Part shown: in pieces, positions 1 through 11,818 of the stretch
Layout: each line of letters begins with the position of its first letter
Numbering within the stretch: position 1 is the first letter of the stretch
NCBI GenBank assembly: GCA_964035545.1
Contig: OZ037772.1
Span: forward strand, 12,522,818 to 12,586,817
Direction: 5' to 3'
DNA length: 64,000 nt
Source of the DNA: Bugula neritina
Lineage: Eukaryota; Animalia; Bryozoa
Translations under genes and position numbers: made by a program
The notes under the pieces: model-generated
The model's database searches: none
Told to the model about the DNA's origin: nothing
What the model saw: the letters and a program-made list of their open reading frames with translations, nothing else

Positions 1-265
1 TGACATAATAATGTTGAGAATTTTTTCAAATTAAAGTTAAAATTGTATATTTTACAACTATACGGACAAAAAATTAAGCAAAATGTCTTGAAGTGTCATC
101 TTGAAACACTCAATATTTTAAATTTTAGTTTTTAAATACACAAATGGATTTTTCTCTATATTGATGCTAAAATTCAATTTATTTATTTTGTAAACCTGAT
201 GTTTTTACAACAGAAAAACAGTTTAGGAAAGAGTATTAAGTAAAATGCCTTTTTTCACAATAAAG

Positions 266-2760
266 AGATATGGAAGTTGGATTGTCTTATGCGACTATGT
301 GTATTTCCAACTGAGAGAAAACAGTTAGGTTCTTCTGATACAGTTGTAAAAGTAGCCCAACGAAATTGACAATTTCACTGAGGTTGATTTACCAGTTCAC
401 TTTTTTATCTCATATATTATTATAATGATAGCGTATTTGAAAAATTAGGATTTATCTCCCCATACGTCTATTTAAATTTTATTATCTTATGATATTTAAA
501 AAATAAACATAATATACAGACACAAACAAAGTTTAAAACAATAAATAAACTTTAAAATTAAAATAATGTTTTAAAATGTAAATAATTTTATAAATACAGC
601 GGTTTTGAAATTTACACACTTGAAATTATATTTTATTATTTTGACTAGTCATCTGTGAAAACGTAGAGTGTTCAGAGTGTGAAATTTTAGCACATGATTT
701 CTGCAGCACAATTCTGCTGATGAACATCAGTGGCTGGAGCGAACCCCTGAGTTGTTCAGGGGTTCGCCCTAGCATCTGAGAGAATATGCAATGTCTGTGC
801 CTACAAGCATTGACTAATGTGCTTGTTGCAGAATGCACTACAGGCAATTAAAGTGCAGTCGCATGCATTTCTCAAGTTAGGAAAACATGATTCCAAACTT
901 GAAAATAATGCACGGCTGCACACAATCACCCTCAACAGGGTGCTGGTTGTAAAGCAATCGTGCATCTACGAATATATGCCTGTATTTCACTACACCGCCA
1001 AGAATTTCCAAGTTTAATTTGTGCCAGTCCCAACCTAAGCGGAGAGTTTCTGCATAACAATTTAAAATACCACAATCAATATAGCAGACCGAATTAATTT
1101 CAAAAATAATTTTGCCAGCTCCCTGAATTTTTTTATGGCCGATCCAGCAGGCTCATTTTTGTGGCTCAAAATTTGCTAAAATCAGGTGCAGAGTTGTGCC
1201 CTCGTGCAGGACAACTCTACAAAATGCTCTAAAATGGTCCAAAAATTCGCACAGAACTGCAAAAATATTACACAAAAGGCACTTTCTGCCATCCTAGGTG
1301 CAACAGGATGAACCCAGAAGCAGTAAAAACCTGCATAAAATGGAAAACCGGCATAAAATTTCAAAAAATTCGCATAAAATAGCTTTTCGACTATCCAGGC
1401 ATCAGGATGAGCCCTAAAATGAATTGGAATCAGTGAAATCGACCAATAAAACTGTAAAAATACTAAAATTGTGCAAAATCGTATTTTGTAGGGCTGAAAA
1501 AAATTTCTAGATCAGACATTTTAATTCCCGCACTACAGCAGTGGTGGTTTCAATTTGGTGTGCCAAATCTCATTTTTTAGTATTTCACTGATTCCAACTC
1601 ATTTTAGGGCTCATCCTGATGCCCGGATGGTCAAAAAGCTATTTTATGCGAATTTTTATGCCGGTTTTCCATTTTATGCAGGTTTTTACTGCTTTAGGGT
1701 TCATCTTGTTGCACTAGGATGGCAGAAAGTGCCATTTTGTGTAATTTTTTTGCAGTTCTGTGCGAATTTTTGGACCATTTTAGAGCATTTTGTAGAGTTG
1801 TCCTGCACGAGGGCACAACTCTGCACCTGATTTTAGCAAATTTTGAGCCACAAAAATGAGCCTGCTGGATCGATCGGCCAGAAAAAAATTTCAGGGAGCT
1901 GGCAAAATTATTTTTGAAAATAATTCAGTTCGCTATATTGATAGTGATATTATAAATTGTTATGCAGGAACTTTCCGCTTAGGTTGGGACTGGCGCCTGT
2001 TAGACTTGGGAATTATTGGCGGTGCAGTGTAATACAGGCATATATTCGTAGTTGCAGGATTGCTTTACAACCAGCAACCTTGTTGAAGGTGATCGAGAGC
2101 AGCCACCTATTATTATCAAGTTTGGAATTATGTTCTCCAAACTTGAGAAAATGCATGCGACTGCACTCTAACTGCCTGTAGAGCATTCTGCAACAAGCGC
2201 ATTAGTCAACGCTTGTAGGCACAACCTACCATAGCGCCTCAGTTGCCAGAGCGAACCCCTGACCAACTCAGGGGTTCGCTCTGGCAGTTGAGGCACATCA
2301 GCTGAGTTGTGCTGCAAAAATAATGTGCTGAAATTAACACATCCTGAACTCTCTTCGTTTTTCACAGATGACTAGTCAAAATAATAAAATATAATTTCAA
2401 GTGTGTAAATTTCAAAACCACTGTATTTATAAAATAATTTACATTTTAAAACATTATTTAAATTTTAAAGTTTATTTATTGTTTTAAACTTTGTTTGTGT
2501 CTGTATATTATGTTCATTTTTTTAAATATCATAAGATAATAAAATTTAAATAGATGTATGGGGAGATAAATCCTAATTTTCAAATATGCAATCATTATAA
2601 TAATATATGAGATAAAAAGTGAGCTGGTAAATCAACCTCAGTGAAATTGTCAATTTCGTTGGGCTACTTTCAGATCTGTGAGCTGTATGAGAAGAACCCA
2701 AGTGTTTTTTCTCAGCTAGAAATACACATAGTCGCATAAGACAATCCAACTTCTATATCT
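266..2760. mobile_element. ~2.5-kb foldback-like imperfect palindrome (two ~1.2-kb inverted arms, ~105-bp spacer)
   Basis: 266-~1468 is the reverse complement of ~1574-2760 (e.g. agatatggaagttggattgtcttatgcgactatg vs catagtcgcataagacaatccaacttctatatct). ORFs 1182..1364(-) and 1555..1830(+) mirror each other. No transposase or clear TSD was seen, so the mobile-element label is inferred; the inverted repeat itself is certain. Confidence 0.75.
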
Positions 2761-4900
2761 GTTCTTTTTAAATAATAAAACATACATCTAATATTTCTGC
2801 TAACTGCGTTCCCCAGAGTGACTATAAAACAAATAATATGGAGAGAATCTTGTCTATATTCGAAAGCAAAAAAGGACATCTACTCAGTCCTTATATTTCC
2901 TCAGATTTAAAAAAGAAAGAACTATCACATACTCTGTCTTCATTATTGGAAAATACATCATCTCAAACTTTGAATAAAATTTCAGCATTATTATAGCAAA
3001 ATAATAGCTTATGTTCATCTAATAAAAACTGAAATAAAACCCTCTTTATGCATCATTATAATATAATTATTATCCGGTCACCTGTACAGGACTACAACGG
3101 CATAGATGTGAAATAATATAATTATTATATTTGATTATAAGTGTTAGATGTATGGGATTGCTTTCTTAGTTCCGGTGTTAGCAGCAATGTTTGTGCTGTA
3201 TATGAAAAAGATCATTCACGTAGGCTTTATTAATTTTCTGACCTGAATAATACCACAAAGGTAAGTTTAATAAGTTTTATACTGTGAAGTGCAGGTGATG
3301 TAGCGAGTTCTGTTCCGTACTTAGAGGCAAATAAGAACATATTGACTTGATTTTGATGCGAGTTTATGTTATACGAATATTACTGGATGGGTGTTTCTGA
3401 CTAAAACCTTCCTTCAACTGAAATCGGCAATAATGTTATATTCCACCTCAAGTTACCTTATGTGAGATCACGTTTCCTATTAAGGTCTGTGCCACATTCC
3501 AAGTGAAACTACCACATATAATTTTCGAAATACATCGGCCCACATAAAATTGATGCTTTTATTTACATTAACTTTTTATCAATAGTGAAAAGTAATATTG
3601 CTAGATTTGGTGTCATAAGATAGTCAAAGTGGGTCTCCCTAGAAAGATAACTTCATACCAAATTTAATGGCAGACCAAGCTACCATGAATGGCACCAATC
3701 ATATATATTTGAAACAAGCGCAATTGATTTCTTATTAATTCACACTACGACAGTACCAGAAGTGTTATACACTGTCCGGACCGTAGGCCAAGGGTGCGTC
3801 TTGCGACACCAAGTACGATTCTAATAGATAACCTCAGCTGCATTAGTAAGTTGACTGAACAACTTAGTCTGATATTTACCTTTTATGCAAATGGATTAAA
3901 GTTCGCCAGTGAAATCGTGTGAATTTAACTGTGCGCTGTTAACACACTTTGTCTTGTCACTGACGTCGCATCGATACTACTCAAATCGTAATGAATAACA
4001 AAAAGGTGTGTAGAAACACAAATCACTTTTTATTCAAGTTAAAGCTGCAGTACTGAGTTATTATTTTTTTAAATAAATTTCCTAGAATTAAATTGCAGTT
4101 TTGTTAAATTTTGACCAATTCACATACTATATAAGCTTTACAATAAGTCTTTGTATAATACAGGGGAGACAAACCCAAAATTTACAAATTTCAGTCCTTT
4201 ATATGCAAGTTCAATTGAATAAGTAACAATACTGTAACTGCAGAGAATCATCAACTGCTGTAATAACCCAGCCATCAGATCGGGGAATTTAATGCTACTA
4301 TAATGATAAAGTATTAATATATAACCAGTTTAAAGTAATTGATTAGTGACAATATGGCCGCGGTAATGAACAGAAATAAATGGCTGCTAGTATCTTAATG
4401 AACAGCATATCTGCAGGGATGATTTGGGGACATAATTGATAGCAGCTGGTCAATAGGCAGTTGAGCTGCTTGCAACTGGAAGCAACTGTGCAAAAATAAA
4501 ATTAATTTTGTTGAAATGTTGGATTGTTGGATGTGAACATACGGAGAGGCATGATTTATGACACTTATATTTTTATTTTTTCCAAGTGTTAATTTTTTTT
4601 ACTAGTTTTTGCTATAATTCAATGCAGAAAAAACTTTATTCATTAAACAGAATTAAATTATTAAAATTTTTGAAACTTTTTATTAAGTTAATAATTATAT
4701 GCTTATATTTTGAAATTACAATATTGTTGTAAAAACAAGTCATGGGAGACAACCCCCAAATCAAAAGTGTTTAATATATTTCCAACTTTTCTGCATTGCC
4801 CAATACTGCAAAACTGTCATGTAAACTAACATAATTTTAACTTTCATTACGCAATAATAGTGTAGAGCTGCTGCATATAATGTTGAATATCTTGGTATCC

Positions 4901-4995
4901 AATGTAGTGATACATACATGTAGTGATACATGTATCACTACATGTATCACTACATGTAGTGATACATGTTATATCACTACATATTTCACTACATT
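4901..4995. repeat. Short array of mixed-orientation ~12-bp units (atgtagtgatac / gtatcactacat)
   Basis: Directly visible; units occur in both orientations and form palindromes. Confidence 0.85.
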
Positions 4996-5226
4996 ATACC
5001 AGAGTCCACAAGAACAACAACAATACTAGCAAAGACAGATTTGTACATTTTGCTGACCATAGCAGATCCTAGAGATGAAGTTTATTGAAAAAATGAGATT
5101 CATAATTTGAAATAGCGTCCCTTTTTATACTATTATGATGTAACACTGACAAGCACTTGCTCATACAACTTGTTATACATGTCACCAAGCATACTATAAC
5201 ATGGATTATATTAAAACTAGACTCAC

Positions 5227-8200
5227 CTGTCCCTTCACTCGCACTATATAAGGAAGCAGTTGTCTTCTCCAGAATTTCTAAGAATTCCGTCACAAATTTA
5301 TTCACAGTTCTGTCTCCGTTTTCACTCCATTCCATGGCATCATCGAACATAATGTGAGTTTCATATTCAAAGAAATCTGGGTCAGTGATGTGATTGGTTG
5401 AGGTAGAAAGTAGGTCAATAGTTTGCTGCTTAGCGCACTGATACTCGTCCAGTCTGAGGATTGCAAACAAAATCATATTTTATCACTTTGATTTTCAGGC
5501 TTCTACATAATGGTCTAAGTTATTTCTTTATTTTCTAAGAAAATTTAGCAGCTATTTCTCATTATTTATATATTACTGTTATTATTTATTTATTACTGTT
5601 ATTATTTATTAATTATTTCTTATTATTTATTTATTACTCATTATTTATTGATGATAAAACTCACTTCAAAACAGAAGCTAGAAACTGTTTCATTTCTTCT
5701 TCGTTTTCGTGCCAAAGAGTTGCACAGAGATACACTTTTGGAGTTACCATCTCTCCTTCACCCAGTTCACTAGTATTCCCACAGTGGGAAGGGAGTGCAG
5801 ACGTGTTGCATGACCTTTGAGAGTTGTCTGCTCTAAAGCTCAATGAGGAATACACATAGCTGTGAGCTGTCCACACATGAAAGTTACTGTAAGAAGAAAT
5901 AGAGGTCATAATTAGCTCAGGGAGCTCTGTTGTCTGCATTGAGCTCTTCAGCCTTACTCAACATGTGTTAGCACTTGCCACTCAGTGTAGAGGTCATGAA
6001 AGTCTAATGTTACTAAGTACTGTAAATCCTATTCAATGAATTATATCCAAAATTATTTTATAATACAACATTTTTAACTAATATTTTCTGTCACACCTTA
6101 GTATTTTAATTATTGCTAGAAACATGAGATTTAATTGGTTGAGCTGAACAAAGACAGGTGTGAGTTTCAGCTTCTCTAGTGACACAGGCACAAAACCTTG
6201 CCCTGAAAATAATATTCTTATAAACTATCCACTAAAATAACTTTAGTAGCAAAAAAGAATGGCTTAAACAGTCTCATTATAAGTTTTCAGGGAAACTGGA
6301 ACTATATAACAACTATTGTCTTTGTCAACTTGGAAAACTTGAAAAAAAAACATAAAACCTATCAACCGATCACTAAATAATTGTTAAAACTCTGACCTGA
6401 AACTGTCATGGCTGACATCCATATGTGTCAAGGTCACGTGCGACCAAAACCAGCAGAGTAAGAATATGACGAGGCTAATGCCTAGAGGAAGTCCTTCACC
6501 CAAAGAGATGCTGAAGTGACATTGAGTGTCGCTAGTCAAGGACAAACAGAGGTCAGACTTGTAAACTAGTGAGAGAAGCTGAGCAGCTACAAAGGTGAAG
6601 GTCGGGGTCAAAGTTACGGCAGCAAGTGTAACCTACAAGGAAAAGAAAACACAGAAGTTATGCATCAATTTATTTTCCTTTGCCAAAAAAGTTAAAATCC
6701 AGTCAACATAATTCAAGGCTGTTTAAGTATAATATGCTAGCAAACAAGCTGCTATAACATGATAACTCAGGTTTAAAAGTCAAGTCCTAATAACTTGAGT
6801 CTAAATGTTAAGTTTTAATAACTCAAGTTCGAAGATAAAGTCCTAGTGTGAAATATTTATACTTTATTCCCAACAAACAAATAAAATTGTTTGAATAAAG
6901 ACACAACTTACTTTATTGAGTTTGCACAGATTTGTAATATAAACTATGAGGCAAAGTAGGGGTGGTGCTGCACACAAAACAACAGCAGATATCCAAATGT
7001 AAGCTGGAACAGAGGCTATGGGAGTGGTCGTGTCCAGATATGTCCAGCAACAAGCCGCAAAAAAAATCTAAAACAAATTATATATTGCTTCCTTCATAAA
7101 GATTGTTAAAAAAGTAGAAAAAAAAGACATATTTGTTTGACTCGTTATTGTTTGATCACTATAGACTATTGGATTATTGAAACTCAATAGCTTAAGCTTT
7201 AAGCAGTCTAAAGCAGTTTATTAGATCTCATGCTAAGTTAAATGGTGATCTGCGATATATGATATACACATATCACAATTTTTAGAGTTCATCTTTATTT
7301 TGGAGTTATCATCTATACATATTCTACACTATGTTCTCTCCAATACGATTGTACAGCAGTGACTGAGAAGACTTGCAGTAAAACAGACCTTGTAGAAAGA
7401 GTTGAACAGCTGCTGTGTGTTCCTAACATTAGGTGAGTTGTGGGCAGCTCTGGAGGTGATATACTGGGAGAGTGTACAGCAAAGTAACACCACCATTGGT
7501 AGATATATCAAGGAGCAATCTACAGTATGATGAAGAGTGTTATCTACAGTAATTATAAAATATCCTAGCTATATAATGTAGTATAAATGTCTCTCAGAGT
7601 GTTAACTGCAGAAAATACAACAAGTAGCTAAATAAATGGCAGCATAAAATAGCAAATAACAGAGTGAAATCTGTATTCTGCAGCACATACAATCTTTACA
7701 TGATGCAAACTGCAACATAAAAAGTGTAATCTACTGCAGAAATCTAAGAACAGAGTCACAAAAATAGAACATGAAATACATGCCATTGTATCGATAGTAG
7801 AGTTGGGTGGAGACGTAGAAAGACGTCCCAAACTGTATAACGGCAGCTACAGAGTTCCTGTCTAAAGTGAAGCTGCCGCCAGTTGCTATCTGGTGGAGAT
7901 TTGGGAGGCAGCTGACAGCTGTGAATAACAAAATACTCTCAATGACTTCTAGATTCGGCAGTATATACTCTGATAGTAAATACAGAGCAGAGAGATCAAG
8001 GACTACTGGTAGAGCCAGCTACAAATAAATAAAATATAGTTGCCAGATAACCATTTGCAATAGACCATGACGTAATAGTGTGATTCCCTTCTGTCATTGC
8101 GCCAGGGTTGCGTTACAGTCAAACTTAATAAATTATTATAAATAATATTATATTATAATTTGAGAGTTATGGAACTTGAGATTTCACAGTGGTATTGTAT

Positions 8201-9758
8201 GGTTTCTCTTCAGAGATATTTATTTAAGTTGATATATTTTTAATGTGAGAAATAACGACGCGTCATTTAATTATGCTGTTATGATAGTTCAGTCCCACTG
8301 CTGGTAGAACACAACTCCTCATACATGTAATACCAACTACAATACAATATCTTTATAAACTAGTAACTAACTACAGCCACGGTATGAAGAGAAATAGTCT
8401 TGAATAGTTTCTTGCAGGTAGCTCCATATATTAGATAAGGTAGAGCTAGCAGAGAGGGAAGTATATATGACATCAGCACCATTAGTCTAGAAGCTGTCTT
8501 CTCCTGTATAATTAGAAATGAAATTATAGAGATTAACTGAAGGCTAATAATTCAAACAAGAGCAAGATTTGACAGCTAGCTTATTAAATGGTGCAAATAA
8601 AACAAAAAAGTAATGTTCAAAAATTATAAACATTAGAATATGAATTAATTAATGCTCAACTGTGACCTCTTGACCTATGAACCATGACCTCGTGCTCTAT
8701 TTATCTTTTTGTAACTCATATAAGTATATTGTTGTTAAAAACTTCAAATAGTTTATTTTCTCAAATGTCAGCTTCATCGAACAAGGAAAGTTATTAAAAC
8801 TTATTTAGGCTAAAGACCAGTCTCAGACTTTGTATAAAACATTTTGATTGGTCCAACACACCTCTGAGCCCCTCTTGGGAGTTGTCAGCACTATAACAGA
8901 CATCTGCAAGCTAGACACTGCTGCCAATGATACTATAAATAGAACTGTGGCAGCGCAGAGTCTAAGAACAGAGGATATGACATCACAAGGCGTGTAGAAC
9001 ACCTTCCTGCTGGTGAATGAGTCATCTTTTATGTCGTCCTCAACAAACGCATCCCAGAAGTGTTTTCTGTGAAAAATTAAAGATGGTGTTCAAGATAAAT
9101 AATAATATAATAATATATAATGTATATAATAATATAATATAATATAGTAATATTTAAAATGCATATATATAATATACTGTATAATGTGATAATATGAAAA
9201 AATAATATTCAGTTTAGTGCAGCCTTGTAGATGGTATGAAATAGTTATATATAATATATTCTCATATATAGTATAGTTATACCCCAGGTTACCTTGCATT
9301 GTGGGGGATCTCATCATTGGTGTCACCAAACCCTTGCATCTCGGAGGTAGCTTTACCAGTGCCTTTATCTGTATAAATATAAATGTGTACATATCATATA
9401 CAAATATACACACACAAACACCGCATGTACAATATAATAAGACTATAAATACCTGTTGTATTAGACATCATACTAAAGGTTTCATCTTTACACATGTTAC
9501 TCCGTGTCTGACTGGGCCTTGTGGAGAGGCTGTTACAGCACCCCAACTCCAAGCTGCTACCTTCTTTTGAAGAACTTCTGCTATATAAGGGCTTCTTCTG
9601 GTCTTCCAAGGAAACCTGCATGATACAGTAATAACTTTATATAATATATTATGCTTTGCATGTTTTTGGTCAGATATATACAATAGAGTCTAGACTTTAG
9701 CATGAAGGTCAACACTTAAACTATCTTAGTACAGTAAGTAAGTAAGTAAGTAAGTAAA

Positions 9759-9814
<56 letters not shown>

Positions 9815-10235
9815 TAAGTAAGTAAATAGGTAAGTAAGTAGCTAGTCTACTTACTTGCCGGTGAGAAGAGAACAGCGTTACTGGAACTTCATATTTTTCA
9901 TCTGAAAATTCACAGCCTAGTGAGGGCGTTGCTGGCATCCCTTCGCTTTCTGTAAAAAGACACTGAAAGATCCTGAGCTACCATGTGATGAGAAGGCAAC
10001 TCTTATCAGCAGTCGAGTGGCTATAAAAATATTGCATGATTCTCAGTGACCCAACTTACGCATAGTTGTGCTGAGAGCTCAAATATATTTAGTTACGGAA
10101 ATGAATTATGGTAGCCATATGACATCGGCGGCAGGCAGCATATGTTGTGGCTGTTGGTTATTTAGTTCTGTTCATACATATAAATATAAGAACACTTACT
10201 CTCCTGTTTAGTAGCTTCATTACAGCGTTGAACAT
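5227..10235 (-). CDS. Divergent chitin synthase-like protein: N-terminal transmembrane region plus start of the catalytic domain; 3' part not found in window
   Basis: Approximate exons: 10235-10200, 9962-9855, 9615-9453, 9369-9292, 9066-8862, 8503-8369, 8018-7784, 7518-7390, 7047-6912, 6632-6397, (unresolved 6200-5950), ~5832-5665, 5453-5227. Metazoan CHS hallmarks in order: HFWDAF, several hydrophobic exons, VYLCATLWHENEEEMKQFLASVLKLDEYQ, DPDFFEYETHIMFDDAM...VNKFV. Confidence 0.85.
9733..9840. repeat. (TAAG)n microsatellite in an intron of the CHS-like gene
   Basis: Directly visible. Confidence 0.95.
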
Positions 10236-10249
10236 GACCTGTCAAAATC

Positions 10250-10470
10250 TGTCAGTGGATAACTGACACATATACCTGAAATAATCTGTCTCACCAACCT
10301 GCTGATATGTGTCAGTCTATACCTGACATTCTGTCTATATTTGTATCACCAACCTACTGATCTGTGTCAGTTTATAACTGACAACTTGTATCAATAACCT
10401 GTTGATATATGTCAGTCTATATCTGACAATCTATGTATATTTTTATCACCAACCTGTTGATATGTGTCCC
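10250..10470. repeat. Degenerate tandem repeat (core caccaacctg/actgatatgtgtcagt), about 4 copies
   Basis: Recurring core, just upstream of the acceptor of the first coding exon of the CHS-like gene. Confidence 0.75.
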
Positions 10471-11239
10471 TGTATTTCTAAACAGCCTGCAAGTTGTACC
10501 CATGAGAAACAGTGTGCCCCATAATTAAATGATTAAAGCTAATAAATAACTGGAAACTAGGAATTAGAGATGTAACAAGTAAAAATTGAACATTTCAGAC
10601 AGTAAATTCCCAAATACTTACCTGTTGGAATATACTAACCACTCAGCAAAAATATTGTAGAATGTAGATAGTATGCACTGATCTACTGCTTATATTTTCT
10701 ATCAGTAATAAGCCTTCTCTGAAGCGAAATACTTGCTAATTTTTTTTTACCTGACAGCCTGCCGAATGTGAGAAAGTTGAATAATCAACAGAAACAAATT
10801 GAATCTGTCAATGCGCTAACTTAGCAGGTTTGTGTCCTGTACTTAGTCAGCAGATATTTGGGTAGTCACAGTAGACCTCCATTTTGAGAGATAAGGTGTT
10901 ACATCATAACACTTGTCCTTGCTAGTCACTCCTGAGAAGAAGTGAAGGAGACTTAACAAGTGCTTCTGTTGCAGTGTCTTTCATTTTATTGTCATCAAAC
11001 AGTTTGGTGGCTTGCAGTGTAAATAATGTAATGCTATAGCGGCTGGTAGACAACTTCGAAGGTGAAGGTCACCTTATATTCTTTCCATGTGCAGAGTTGG
11101 AAGTTTATCATATGAGGTCAGTTAAAATCAGAATCATTATTATCTATTGGAGAACTTTGAGTTGGAATTCAATTAGATTTTAATGGGATAAACCATGTGG
11201 AGTGGACATATATAATAAAATGATGGACCATACCAACCG

Positions 11240-11571
11240 ACTGGCCTGATAGACTGGCCTGATAGAGTGGTCTGATAGAGTGGTCTGATAGACTGGCCTG
11301 ATAGAGTGGCCTGATGGACTGGCCTGATAGAGTGGCCTGATAGACTGGCCTGATGGACTGGCCTGATAGACTGGCCTGATAGAGTGGCCTGATGGACTGG
11401 TCTGATAGAGTGGTCTGATAGACTGGCCTGATAGAGTGGCCTGATGGACTGGCCTGATAGAGTGGCCTGATAGACTGGCCTGATGGACTGGCCTGATAGA
11501 CTGGCCTGATAGAGTGGCCTGATGGACTGGCCTGATAGAGTGGCCTGATGGACTGGCCTGATAGAGTGGCC
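11240..11571. repeat. 13-bp minisatellite (a[c/g]tgg[c/t]ctgat[a/g]g), ~25 copies
   Basis: Directly visible; lies just past the CASC3 poly(A) signal and explains the spurious ORF 11169..11573. Confidence 0.95.
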
Positions 11572-11616
11572 ACTCTCTAGAATACTATCAACAAGCTATT
11601 GGTTAATATTTAGTAA

Positions 11617-11622
11617 CTTTAT
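11617..11622 (-). terminator. Probable CASC3 polyadenylation signal (AATAAA)
   Basis: tttatt on plus strand ~200 bp after the predicted stop codon. Confidence 0.55.
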
Positions 11623-11818
11623 TCAACAAAATATGAATTTGAAAGAAAATTATTCCCCAATACAGACAAACCAACCAAACTGATGAAACAAGTCGGATTA
11701 AAGTTGCAACAGTCTGTAACTGTAACAACGTAATTGCTCGTCCCCTCCGTTACTGCAAGTACAGTATATGTAATAATACTGTATACAGCACATATATGAC
11801 ACTATATATATATAGTCA

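Noticed and set aside
626-2365. Short ORFs within the palindrome as a possible transposase
   Set aside because: No recognisable domain; ORFs are short and not preserved between arms except as mirror images.
5940-6003. Three in-frame TGA codons as possible selenocysteine or readthrough
   Set aside because: No SECIS evidence and no homology support; an intronic location is simpler.
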